Position numbers and translations under genes: made by a program. Positions 53,070 to 64,000 of a DNA stretch of 64,000 nucleotides are shown here, one piece after another. The stretch is taken from NCBI GenBank assembly GCA_964564865.1, contig CAZMDA010000001.1, forward strand, positions 35,939 to 99,938. The letters are read 5' to 3'. Origin of the DNA: an uncultured Bordetella sp. GTDB taxonomy: Bacteria; Pseudomonadota; Gammaproteobacteria; Burkholderiales; SG8-39. Under the pieces are notes generated by a model that did no database searches, was not told the origin of the DNA, and saw only the letters and a program-made list of their open reading frames with translations. Positions within the stretch are counted from its first letter, which is position 1. Each line of letters opens with the position of its first letter.

Positions 53070-53271
53070 GACTCTGATTCCAAAAGCAAATTCGGCCGCG
53101 CATTGTACGCTCATTTCGAATTCTGGTGTTGCGTCGCACCATCCGTGCTAGGATGCGCGCCGCAACACCCAGAAGTAATCGTTTCGCGTCATCCGGTTAG
53201 CGTTCCCAAAGCCAGTTTCTGCCTGAACCGGTTGGAAGACACTCTTCCCAGGCCGATCTCAGGAGAAAGCC

Positions 53272-54708
53272 ATTTCCACGTCCTTTGAAGGTCTCGGCCT
53301 GCGTGCCGAGCTGGTCCGCGCCGTCGCGGAGCAGGGTTACACGCAACCCACCCCGATCCAGCAGCAGGCCATCCCGCTCGTGCTCACGGGCCGCGACCTG
53401 CTGGGCGCCGCGCAGACCGGCACCGGCAAGACCGCGGGCTTCGCGCTGCCGATCCTCCAGCTGCTCGCGGCGACGCCTTCCAGGGCGCCGGTGCGCGTGC
53501 TGATCCTGACCCCGACCCGCGAGCTCGCGGCGCAGGTGCAGGACGACATCCGTACCTACGCGAAGTACCTGCCGGTGAAGTCCACGGTCGTGTTCGGCGG
53601 CGTCGGCATGCAGCCGCAGGTGGATGCGCTGCGGCGCGGCGTCGACATCCTCGTCGCCACGCCCGGCCGGCTGCTCGACCACGCCGGCCAGCGCACGGTG
53701 AACCTCTCGGGGGTCGAGATCCTCGTCCTGGACGAGGCCGACCGGATGCTGGACATGGGCTTCATCCACGACATCCGCCGCGTCCTGGGCCTGCTGCCGG
53801 CGAAGCGCCAGAACCTGCTCTTCTCGGCCACGTTCTCCGACGACATCCGCAAGCTCGCGGGCACCATCCTGCGCGACCCGGCGACGGTGGAAGTCGCGCG
53901 CCGCAACACGCCCGCCGAACTGGTGTCGCAGGTGGCCTACCCGGTGGAGCGCGACCGCAAGCGCGACCTGCTGGTGCACCTGGTGAAATCCGGCGACTGG
54001 CGCCAGGTGCTCGTGTTCACGCGCACCAAGCACGGCGCGAACCGGCTGGCGGAACAGTTGAACCGCGACGGCGTCGAGGCCGACGCCATCCACGGCAACA
54101 AGCGCCAGAACGCCCGCACCCGGGCGCTGAAGATGTTCAAGGACGGCGAGCTGCGCGTGCTGGTCGCCACCGACATCGCGGCGCGCGGCCTGGACATCGA
54201 GGCCCTGCCGCACGTGGTGAACTACGACCTGCCGCACGTGGCGGAGGATTACGTGCACCGCATCGGCCGCACCGGCCGCGCCGGCGCCTCGGGCGAGGCC
54301 GTCGCCTTCGTGAGCCGCGAGGAACGCCCGCTGCTCACCGCGATCGAGCGCCTGATGGCGCGCCAGATCGAGATGCGCAGCATCGAGGGCTTCCCCATGG
54401 GCGCGCCGTCGCGCGAACCGGAGCGGCCCGAGCGCCGGCCGCAGCACCGGCCGCAGCAGCGTCCGCAACAGCGTCCCCAGCAGCGTCCGCAGCAACGCCA
54501 GCAGCCGCGCCATCACGGCCGGCCGCAGCAGCCGCAGCAGGTCCGCTCGCAGCCGCGCCTGCCGCGCGACGAGGACGCGCAGCCCCGGGCGCAGGCGACG
54601 GAGCCGGTGCCGGGTTATCGCCCGTTGACCGCGCACGCGCCGCAGGCGCCGGCCCGCACCTCGGATGGGTTCCCCGCCTTCCGCGGAGACAAGGCGCGGC
54701 GCCGCTAA
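53272..54708 (+). CDS. rhlE: DEAD-box ATP-dependent RNA helicase (RhlE-like) with basic RPQQ-repeat tail
   Basis: Q motif (SFEGLGL...GYTQPTPIQ), [25 protein letters not shown]. The Q motif lies upstream of the first canonical start (GTG 53380). I propose a start at ATT 53272 (or ACG 53278) after AGGAG at 53261-53265. Confidence 0.8.
   Translation: MSTSFEGLGLRAELVRAVAEQGYTQPTPIQQQAIPLVLTGRDLLGAAQTGTGKTAGFALPILQLLAATPSRAPVRVLILTPTRELAAQVQDDIRTYAKYLPVKSTVVFGGVGMQPQVDALRRGVDILVATPGRLLDHAGQRTVNLSGVEILVLDEADRMLDMGFIHDIRRVLGLLPAKRQNLLFSATFSDDIRKLAGTILRDPATVEVARRNTPAELVSQVAYPVERDRKRDLLVHLVKSGDWRQVLVFTRTKHGANRLAEQLNRDGVEADAIHGNKRQNARTRALKMFKDGELRVLVATDIAARGLDIEALPHVVNYDLPHVAEDYVHRIGRTGRAGASGEAVAFVSREERPLLTAIERLMARQIEMRSIEGFPMGAPSREPERPERRPQHRPQQRPQQRPQQRPQQRQQPRHHGRPQQPQQVRSQPRLPRDEDAQPRAQATEPVPGYRPLTAHAPQAPARTSDGFPAFRGDKARRR
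54436..54495 (+). repeat. 12-bp in-frame tandem repeat (about 5 units) encoding RPQ(H/Q) in the helicase tail
   Basis: cggccgcagcac cggccgcagcag cgtccgcaacag cgtccccagcag cgtccgcagcaa. Confidence 0.8.
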
Positions 54709-54787
54709 GCGCCAGGGCGCGCCGCCGCTGAGCGCGTAGGCGCGCCCCCGCCGAGCCCGCCCCGCGGGTCCGCCAGAGGTTAAAATC

Positions 54788-54818
54788 GGGGAAGGATTTT
54801 CCGCTTCCCCTTTTCTTT
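54788..54818 (+). terminator. rho-independent terminator after the helicase gene
   Basis: GGGGAAG (54788-54794), 9-nt loop, CTTCCCC (54804-54810), then TTTTCTTT. Confidence 0.65.
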
Positions 54819-54831
54819 CCCGAGGACCTGC

Positions 54832-55854
54832 ATGGACCAGCAGCTACTTTCCCGGACCGCGGCCGCGATGGTCGCGAAGGGCAGGGGCGTGCTTGCCGCC
54901 GACGAATCCGCCGGCACCTGCGAGACGCGCTTCAAGACCATCAACACCCCCTGCACGGAGGAGAACCGGCGCGCCTACCGCGGCCTGCTCTTCACCACGC
55001 CGCACATCGAGCGGTACATCTCCGGCGTGATCCTGTTCGACGAGACCACGCGCCAGAAGACCGACGACGGCGTGCCGTTCCCGGACTACCTGGCGAAGAA
55101 GGGCATCCTGCCGGGCATCAAGGTGGATACCGGCGCCAAGAACCTGGCGCTGTGCCCGGGCGAGAAGGTCACCGAGGGCCTGGACGGCCTGCGCGAGCGC
55201 CTGGCGGGCTACTTCAAGGCCGGCTGCCGCTTCGCCAAGTGGCGCGCGGTGATCACCATCGGCGCGGGCATCCCGTCGCACGCCTGCCTCTACGCCAACG
55301 CGCACGCGCTGGCGCGCTACGCGGCGCTGTGCCAGGAAGCCTCCATCGTGCCGATGATCGAGCCCGAGGTGCTGCTGGACGGGGACCACAGCATCGAGCG
55401 CTGCGAGGAGGTCACCGAGGCCACGCTGCGCGCCACCTATGCCGCGATGGCCGCCCACCACGTGTCCTTCGAGCACCTGATCCTGAAGACCAGCATGGTG
55501 GTCTCGGGCAAGGCGAACGCGCGCCAGGCGGGCGTGGAGGAAGTCGCCGAGCGCACCGTGCGCGTGCTGAAGCGCACCGTGCCGGCCGCGCAGCCGGGCA
55601 TCGTGTTCCTCTCCGGCGGCCAGTCGGACGTGTCCGCGACGGCGCACCTCAACGCCATGGCTGGCCTGCCCGGCCTGCCCTGGCCGCTCACCTTCTCCTA
55701 CTCGCGCGCGCTGCAGAACCCGGCGCTCGCGGCCTGGAAGGGCCAGGCCGCCAACGGCGCCGCGGCGCAGCGGGCGTTCCACCACCGCGCGCACATGAAC
55801 GGGCTGGCCGCGGAAGGCAAGTGGAAGCCCGAGCTGGAGAAGCAGGTCGCTTGA
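54832..55854 (+). CDS. fba: fructose-bisphosphate aldolase, class I
   Basis: 340 aa. [22 protein letters not shown], and Schiff-base lysine region LILKTSMV. Confidence 0.85.
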   Translation: MDQQLLSRTAAAMVAKGRGVLAADESAGTCETRFKTINTPCTEENRRAYRGLLFTTPHIERYISGVILFDETTRQKTDDGVPFPDYLAKKGILPGIKVDTGAKNLALCPGEKVTEGLDGLRERLAGYFKAGCRFAKWRAVITIGAGIPSHACLYANAHALARYAALCQEASIVPMIEPEVLLDGDHSIERCEEVTEATLRATYAAMAAHHVSFEHLILKTSMVVSGKANARQAGVEEVAERTVRVLKRTVPAAQPGIVFLSGGQSDVSATAHLNAMAGLPGLPWPLTFSYSRALQNPALAAWKGQAANGAAAQRAFHHRAHMNGLAAEGKWKPELEKQVA

Positions 55855-56744
55855 GCTCGCCGCTGTTCGAGTCCAGCCTCGCCAGCCTGCCGCGCATCGG
55901 GCGCGGCAAGGTGCGCGACCTGTACGCGCTGGGCGAGGACCGCATGCTCATCGTGGCGAGCGACCGGCTCTCGGCGTTCGACGTGGTCCTGCCCGACCCG
56001 ATCCCGGACAAGGGCCGCGTGCTGACGCAGATGTCCAATTTCTGGTTCGCGCGCCTCGCGCACGTGGTGACGAACCACCTCACCGGGCTCGACCCGGAGT
56101 CGGTGGTCGAGGGCGAGGCCGAGCGCGCCCAGGTCCGCGGCCGCGCGGTGGTGGTGCGCCGGGTGAAGCCGCTGCCCATCGAGGCGGTGGTGCGCGGCTA
56201 CCTGATCGGCTCGGGCTGGAAGGATTACCAGCGCGACGGCGCGGTGTGCGGCATCCGCCTGCCCGCGGGCCTGCCGCAGGCGGCGAAGCTGCCCGGGCCC
56301 CTCTTCACCCCGGCCACCAAGGCGGCCGAGGGGCATGACGAGAACATCGATTTCGCGCAGGTGGAAGCGGCGATCGGCGCGCCGCTCGCGGCGCGGGTGC
56401 GCGACACCGCGATCCGCCTGTACCGCGAGGCGGCCGACTATGCCGCCACGCGCGGCATCCTCATCGCCGACACCAAGTTCGAGTTCGGCCTGGACGCCGC
56501 CGGCGAGCTGGTCCTGATCGACGAGATCCTCACCGCGGACTCCTCGCGCTTCTGGCCGGCGGAGGGCTACCGCACCGGCATCTCGCCGCCCTCGTTCGAC
56601 AAGCAGTACGTGCGCGACTACCTGGAGACGCTCGACTGGAACAAGGCGCCGCCCGCGCCGCGCCTGCCGCCAGAGGTGATCGAGAAGACCGCGGCGAAGT
56701 ACCGCGAGGCGCTGTGGCGGATCGCCGGGGTGAAGCTGGCATGA
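55851..56744 (+). CDS. purC: SAICAR synthetase
   Basis: TTG at 55851 overlapping the fba stop (TTGA). [24 protein letters not shown]. Confidence 0.88.
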   Translation: MSSPLFESSLASLPRIGRGKVRDLYALGEDRMLIVASDRLSAFDVVLPDPIPDKGRVLTQMSNFWFARLAHVVTNHLTGLDPESVVEGEAERAQVRGRAVVVRRVKPLPIEAVVRGYLIGSGWKDYQRDGAVCGIRLPAGLPQAAKLPGPLFTPATKAAEGHDENIDFAQVEAAIGAPLAARVRDTAIRLYREAADYAATRGILIADTKFEFGLDAAGELVLIDEILTADSSRFWPAEGYRTGISPPSFDKQYVRDYLETLDWNKAPPAPRLPPEVIEKTAAKYREALWRIAGVKLA

Positions 56745-57256
56745 CGAAGGCGGCAAAGCGCGCGCCCCGGCCGCTGGTCGGGGTGGTGATGGGCTCGCAG
56801 TCCGACTGGGACGTGATGCGCGAGGCCTGCGCCGTGCTCTCCGAGTTCGGCGTTGCCTACGAGGCGAAGGTGGTGTCCGCGCACCGCACGCCGGACGCGA
56901 TGTTCGGCTACGCGGCGAAGGCCCGCGGCCGCGGCCTGCGGGTGGTGATCGCCGGCGCCGGCGGCGCGGCGCACCTGCCCGGCATGATCGCCTCCAAGAC
57001 CACGCTGCCGGTGCTGGGCGTGCCGGTGCCGAGCAAGCACCTCGCCGGACAGGATTCGCTGCTGTCCATCGTGCAGATGCCCAAGGGCATCCCGGTGGCG
57101 ACCTTCGCCATCGGCCAGAGCGGCGCGGCGAACGCGGGCCTCTTTGCGGTGGCGCTGCTCGCCACCGGCGACCGGCGCCTGGAGGCGAAACTGGCGCGCT
57201 ACCGGGGCAAGCTGAAGCGCCTGGTGGCGAAGATGCGCCTCGCCGATGTCCCCTAG
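56741..57256 (+). CDS. purE: N5-CAIR mutase
   Basis: ATG at 56741 (ATGA overlap). [27 protein letters not shown]. Confidence 0.9.
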   Translation: MTKAAKRAPRPLVGVVMGSQSDWDVMREACAVLSEFGVAYEAKVVSAHRTPDAMFGYAAKARGRGLRVVIAGAGGAAHLPGMIASKTTLPVLGVPVPSKHLAGQDSLLSIVQMPKGIPVATFAIGQSGAANAGLFAVALLATGDRRLEAKLARYRGKLKRLVAKMRLADVP

Positions 57257-58409
57257 CCAAGGAGCGCCGGCCGCGGTGCCTCCTGCCGTCCTTCCGCCGT
57301 CCACGCTGGGCGTGCTGGGCGGCGGGCAGCTCGGCCGCTTCTTCGTCATCGCCGCGCGCGAGATGGGCTACCGCGTCCATGTGCTGGATCCGGACCGGGG
57401 CAGCCCGGCCGGCGCGCTGGCCGACCGGCACCTCGCCGCGGCCTACGACGACGAGGCGGCGCTGGACGCGCTCGCCGCCGCCTGCGCCGCGGTCACCACC
57501 GAGTTCGAGAACGTGCCCGCCGAAAGCCTGGCGCGCCTCGCGCGCGCGACGCGCGTCGCCCCGTCCGCCGACTGCGTCGCGGTGTCGCAGGACCGCATCC
57601 GCGAGAAGGCCGCCTTCGCCGCGCACGGCCTGCCCGTGGGCCCGTATGCGCCGGTGACTGCGGAGGCGGACCTCGATCGGCTGGACCTCTACCCCGCGGT
57701 GCTCAAGCGCGCCCGCTTCGGCTATGACGGCAAGGGACAGGCGCGCGTCGCCTCGGCGGCCGAGGCGCGCGCGGCCTGGCAGGTGTTCGAGCGCGCGCCC
57801 TGCGTGCTGGAGCGCCGGCTGGACCTGGATTGCGAGGTCTCGGTGATCGTCGCGCGCGGCGCCGACGGCGCGAGCGCGGCATTCGCGGTGGCGGAGAACT
57901 CGCACCGCCACGGCATCCTCGACGTGTCCATCGCGCCGGCGCGCGTGGCGCCGGCGCTCGCCGCGGAAGCGCAGGCGATGGCCGCGCGCCTCGCCGCGGC
58001 GCTGGGCTACGTCGGCGTGCTCGGGGTGGAGTTCTTCGTGAGCGCAGGCAGGTTGCTGGTGAATGAAATCGCGCCCCGGCCGCACAACAGCGGCCACTAC
58101 ACCATCGACGCCTGCGTCACCAGCCAGTACCAGCAGCAGGTGCGCGCGCTGTGCGGCCTGCCGCTGGGCGATCCGGGCCTGCTCGCCCCGGCGGTGATGG
58201 TGAACGTGCTGGGCGAGGCCTGGCGCGCGGGCGAGCCCGACTGGTCGGCGGTGCTCGCCGAGCCGCGCGCGAAGCTGCACCTGTACGGCAAGGCCGAGGC
58301 GCGCCCCGGGCGCAAGATGGCGCACTTCACGGTGATGGACGCGGACCGCGCGCGCGCGCTCGAGGCGGCGCTGGCGATCCGCGCCCGCCTGGGCATCGGC
58401 GATGGCTGA
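57246..58409 (+). CDS. purK: N5-CAIR synthetase
   Basis: 387 aa ATP-grasp protein. [30 protein letters not shown]. Confidence 0.88.
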   Translation: MSPSQGAPAAVPPAVLPPSTLGVLGGGQLGRFFVIAAREMGYRVHVLDPDRGSPAGALADRHLAAAYDDEAALDALAAACAAVTTEFENVPAESLARLARATRVAPSADCVAVSQDRIREKAAFAAHGLPVGPYAPVTAEADLDRLDLYPAVLKRARFGYDGKGQARVASAAEARAAWQVFERAPCVLERRLDLDCEVSVIVARGADGASAAFAVAENSHRHGILDVSIAPARVAPALAAEAQAMAARLAAALGYVGVLGVEFFVSAGRLLVNEIAPRPHNSGHYTIDACVTSQYQQQVRALCGLPLGDPGLLAPAVMVNVLGEAWRAGEPDWSAVLAEPRAKLHLYGKAEARPGRKMAHFTVMDADRARALEAALAIRARLGIGDG

Positions 58410-59346
58410 CGAGGTGGCGCGCGCGGCGCGGCTGCTGCGCGAGGGCCGGCTGGTCGCGTTTCCCACCGAGACCGTCTATGGGCTGGGCGCGGATGCCTCG
58501 AGCGCAACTGCGGTCGCGCGCCTGTATGCCGCAAAGCGCCGTCCCGTCGAGCATCCGGTGATCGTGCATTTCGCGGACGCCGAGGGCGCGTTCGCCTGGG
58601 CGCGCGAGGTGCCGGAGGCGGCGCGCAGGCTCGCGGCGAAGTTCTGGCCCGGGCCGCTCACGCTGATCCTCAAGCGCGCGAAGCAGGCGGGCGATTTCGT
58701 CACCGGCGGCCAGGACACGGTGGGCTTGCGCGTGCCCTCGCACCCGGTGGCGCAGGCGCTGCTGCGGGAATTCGGCGGCGCGATCGCCGCGCCGTCGGCC
58801 AATCGCTTCGGCGAGGTGAGCGCCACCAGCGCGGCGCATGTGCGCGAGGACCTCGCCGCGGAGGCGGACCTGGTCCTGGAAGGCGGGGAGAGCGACATCG
58901 GCATCGAGTCCACCATCGTCGACCTGTCGGGCGGCAAGGCGGTGCTGCTCCGGCCGGGACACATCGGCGTTGCCGAGCTCGAGGCCGCGCTCGGGGAGAA
59001 GCTCGCGGCGAAGGCGGCCGGCGCACCGCGGCATTCGGGGGGCCTGGAGCGCCACTACGCGCCGCGCACCCCGGCGCAGCTGGTGGCGCCGCACGAGCTG
59101 GATGCGGAGATCGGCAAGTGGCACGCGAAGGGGACCGAGGTCGCGGTGCTCGCGTTCTCGCGCCCCGACGAGCGCGTGGACTTCTGGCTGCGCATGCCGA
59201 AGGATCCGGTCGCCTATGCGCAGAAGCTCTATGCCGCGCTGCGCGAGCTGGACGGCGCCGGCTGCGCGCGCATCCTCATCGAGGCGCCGCCGCCAGACGA
59301 GCGCTGGGCGGCGGTCTCGGACCGCCTGCGGCGCGCCGCGGCGTAG
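58402..59346 (+). CDS. tsaC: L-threonylcarbamoyladenylate synthase (long Sua5/YwlC form)
   Basis: 314 aa. FPTETVYGLGADA, KRRP..HP, SANRFG, plus a C-terminal Sua5 domain. Confidence 0.85.
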   Translation: MADEVARAARLLREGRLVAFPTETVYGLGADASSATAVARLYAAKRRPVEHPVIVHFADAEGAFAWAREVPEAARRLAAKFWPGPLTLILKRAKQAGDFVTGGQDTVGLRVPSHPVAQALLREFGGAIAAPSANRFGEVSATSAAHVREDLAAEADLVLEGGESDIGIESTIVDLSGGKAVLLRPGHIGVAELEAALGEKLAAKAAGAPRHSGGLERHYAPRTPAQLVAPHELDAEIGKWHAKGTEVAVLAFSRPDERVDFWLRMPKDPVAYAQKLYAALRELDGAGCARILIEAPPPDERWAAVSDRLRRAAA

Positions 59347-59349
59347 AAT
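59344..59349 (+). promoter_or_regulatory. -10-like TAGAAT located 7 nt upstream of the lipoprotein ATG
   Basis: GCGTAGAATCCGCGCCATG. The hexamer incorporates the tsaC TAG stop. No Shine-Dalgarno is present. Confidence 0.3.
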
Positions 59350-59356
59350 CCGCGCC

Positions 59357-59668
59357 ATGCGCAGGTTCCTGATTGCAGCGGTCGCCGTGCTCGCCGCCGG
59401 CTGCGCCAGCCACGGCCAGGTGAGCGGCGGCACGGGCAGCGTCAGCTTCCAGGTGAATTCCAGCCGCGCGGCGCTGATCGCGGTGGGCATCCTCGCCATC
59501 GTCTCCGAGCACGAGCGCGAGCAGGGCTCCGTCCATTCCAACCCGCTCACCGCGTTCGACCCGGCCGCCGGGCGCGCGGTGCCGCCGATGGACGCCGCGC
59601 GCAAGGTGCACGAGCAGGACTGCTCCAGGCCGTTCGAGGACTGGTCGGCCAACCTGCGCTGCCGGTAG
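59357..59668 (+). CDS. small lipoprotein, unknown function
   Basis: ATG at 59357. MRRFLIAAVAVLAAGC lipobox. 103 aa. Confidence 0.6.
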   Translation: MRRFLIAAVAVLAAGCASHGQVSGGTGSVSFQVNSSRAALIAVGILAIVSEHEREQGSVHSNPLTAFDPAAGRAVPPMDAARKVHEQDCSRPFEDWSANLRCR

Positions 59669-59687
59669 CACGCCCGTGGCGGCGGCA

Positions 59688-59709
59688 AATGTAACCGATC
59701 GGTTACATT
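59688..59709. repeat. 22-bp perfect palindrome AATGTAACCGATCGGTTACATT
   Basis: Lies in the convergent gap between the lipoprotein and phoD genes. It shares its core with the 41008-41037 palindrome. Confidence 0.85.
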
Positions 59710-59715
59710 GGTCGG

Positions 59716-61236
59716 CTAGGCGCGCCGCGGTCCCGGTGTTCCATCCTCCACCACGAAGCTCGCCAGCGTGCGGCACGCGGCATCGGGCCGGGTCACCGAG
59801 TCCATGGCGCGCAGGTCGGCGCGCGTTTCCCTGGCGCTGACCGCCATCCGCACGTAGCCGCGATACCGGCTGTCCACCAGCTTCATGTGCGGGTTGTCCG
59901 GCAGGAACGCGTTCAGCCGCTCCTGCGCCCAGGCCTGCGAGGTGATGGAGGTGCAGACGAACTCGCTGGCGATGGCCGGCGATGAGGGATCGTCGAAATC
60001 GCGCTTCAGCTCCGACACATTGAACGAGTGCACGTCCCCGCCCAGCACCACCGGGTTGGCGACGCGGTGCTCGAGCAGCGCATCGAACAGCCGCGCGCGC
60101 GCCGCCGGGTAGCCGTCCCAGCCGTCGGTCCAGGCGCGCCGGCCTTCGCCGGGCAGCTGGTCGAACTGCGCCATCGGCGTCTGCTGCGCGAGCAGGTTCC
60201 AGCGCGCGCCGGATTGTGCCAGCGCGCCCGAGAGCCAGCGCTCCTGCGCGCGGCCCAGCATGCTGCGGTTCGGGTTCGCGAGCGCCTCGCACTCGGCGAC
60301 GTTGACGGTGTTCGAGCCGCCGCGGCGGTTCGGCCGCGGGCAGGCCTGCCAGGAACGGTACTGGCGGTCGTCCAGGACGTAGAAGCGCGCGAGGCTGCCC
60401 CAGCCGAGCTGGGTGTGGATGCGCATGTCCGGGCCGTCCGGCTTCATGCGTTCCGGCAGCGGCATGTGCTCGTAGTAGGCGCGGTAGGCGGCGGCGCGGC
60501 GCGCGAGGAACCGCTCCTTCGGCATGCCGTCTTCGGGACGGTCGTCGGCGTAGTCGTTGTCCACCTCGTGATCGTCCCAGGTCACGATCCACGGGCAGGC
60601 GGCGTGCGCCGCCTGCAGGTCCGGGTCGGACTTGTACAGCGCGTAGCGCGCGCGGTAGTCGGCCAGGGTGTAGGGCTCGCCGCCGGTGTGGGCACGCACG
60701 TGGTCGCGGCCCCAGGACGATTCGTAGATGTAGTCGCCGAGGAACGCCACCAGGTCCGGCGCATCGGCGACGATGTGGCGGTAGGCGTTGAAGTAGCCCT
60801 GCTCGTAGTGCTGGCAGGAGGCGAAGGCGAACGTCAGGCGCCCGGGCGACGCAGTCGTTGCCGGCGCGGTGCGCGTGCGGCCGACGGGGCTGTGCGCGTC
60901 GCCGGCGCGGAAGCGGTACCAGTACCAGCGCTCCGGCTCCAGCCCTTTCGGCTCGACGTGGACGGCATGCGCCCACTCGGGCGAGGCCTCGGCGGTGCCG
61001 GCGGCCACCACGTTGCGCATCGCCTCGTCGGTGGCCACCTCCCAGCGCACCGGGACGGCGACCGGGTCGAGCCCGCCCGCCAGGCGCGTCCAGAGCACGA
61101 AGCCGCCCGGGTGCGGGTAGCCGCTTGCGACGCCGAGGGTGAAGGGGTTGTCGCGCAGGCGCGGCTGCGCGCGCAGCAGGGCGGGGGCGGCGCCGGCGGC
61201 GAGCAGTGAGCCGAGGAAGGCGCGGCGGGTGGCCAT
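59716..61236 (-). CDS. phoD: alkaline phosphatase D (PhoD family), Tat-exported
   Basis: 506 aa. Twin-arginine signal MATRRAFLGSLLAAGAAPALL. PhoD metallophosphatase blocks (GDYIYE, WDDHE, GGDVHS). Confidence 0.85.
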   Translation of the reverse strand: MATRRAFLGSLLAAGAAPALLRAQPRLRDNPFTLGVASGYPHPGGFVLWTRLAGGLDPVAVPVRWEVATDEAMRNVVAAGTAEASPEWAHAVHVEPKGLEPERWYWYRFRAGDAHSPVGRTRTAPATTASPGRLTFAFASCQHYEQGYFNAYRHIVADAPDLVAFLGDYIYESSWGRDHVRAHTGGEPYTLADYRARYALYKSDPDLQAAHAACPWIVTWDDHEVDNDYADDRPEDGMPKERFLARRAAAYRAYYEHMPLPERMKPDGPDMRIHTQLGWGSLARFYVLDDRQYRSWQACPRPNRRGGSNTVNVAECEALANPNRSMLGRAQERWLSGALAQSGARWNLLAQQTPMAQFDQLPGEGRRAWTDGWDGYPAARARLFDALLEHRVANPVVLGGDVHSFNVSELKRDFDDPSSPAIASEFVCTSITSQAWAQERLNAFLPDNPHMKLVDSRYRGYVRMAVSARETRADLRAMDSVTRPDAACRTLASFVVEDGTPGPRRA

Positions 61237-61257
61237 GCGCTAGGGTAACCGAGGCGC

Positions 61258-64000
<2,743 letters not shown>

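Noticed and set aside
53125-53169. Long imperfect hairpin (GGTGTTGCG...CGCAACACC with nested CATCC/GGATG) in the typA/rhlE divergent region, considered as an sRNA or cold-shock leader element
   Set aside because: It has no U-tract and matches no RNA family I recognise. It also overlaps a plausible extended -10 (TGCTAGGAT at 53146-53154) for rhlE. I cannot separate promoter DNA from RNA structure without transcript data.
54436-54495. Short tandem repeats checked as a possible CRISPR array or minisatellite
   Set aside because: The 12-bp units are in frame inside a coding tail, have no spacers and have no cas genes nearby. They are not a CRISPR array.
53380-54708. GTG 53380 as the helicase start (as given in the ORF track)
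   Set aside because: It would remove the Q motif and the upstream aromatic residue that DEAD-box proteins need. The conserved sequence continues in frame for 36 codons upstream.
55698-58466. 922-aa minus-strand ORF antisense to purC, purE and purK
   Set aside because: Same reasoning: it has no domain signatures, and the opposite strand encodes three textbook purine genes.

Overview
Very GC-rich, densely packed chromosomal segment. Gene content (Bug/TctC-family binding proteins, TctBA, a tkt-gap-pgk-pyk block and an fba-purC-purE-purK-tsaC block) suggests a betaproteobacterium of the Burkholderiales type; this is inference from content only. I can support about 65 protein-coding genes. I found no rRNA, tRNA, CRISPR array, transposase, integrase, phage gene or recognisable defence system. 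The content is metabolic: (i) a ten-gene sugar or sugar-acid uptake and catabolism locus plus a divergent dehydrogenase/hydrolase pair (1.8-13.6 kb); (ii) a NitT/TauT-type ABC importer facing an omega-aminotransferase; (iii) a uricolysis cluster (PuuD-type membrane urate hydroxylase, UraH, UraD, PuuE, PucG-like); (iv) a SpeD-SpeE fusion; (v) central carbon genes; (vi) an uncharacterised module of enolase-superfamily protein, VOC protein, TctC, Gfo/Idh/MocA oxidoreductase, DUF993-like protein and TIM-barrel isomerase, coupled downstream of pyk; (vii) uronate dehydrogenase, lactonase and a Zn-ADH; (viii) a GldA/F/G-like ABC system with a DUF4340 protein; (ix) TctCBA; (x) a LacI-controlled HisD-paralog/SDR operon with a perfect operator. 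The best candidates for undescribed biology are module (vi), the unusual enzyme mix in (i), and system (viii). None is proven novel from sequence alone. Non-coding observations: two related AT-containing perfect palindromes (AATGT-N3-CGATCG-N3-ACATT) in the only two roomy convergent intergenic gaps; five convergent gene pairs sharing a CTAG stop/stop overlap; several genes with a -10-like hexamer 6-7 nt upstream of the ATG and no Shine-Dalgarno (candidate leaderless mRNAs); and a DEAD-box helicase whose conserved N-terminus has no canonical start codon. All functional calls rest on motif and family recognition by eye. No database search was run.
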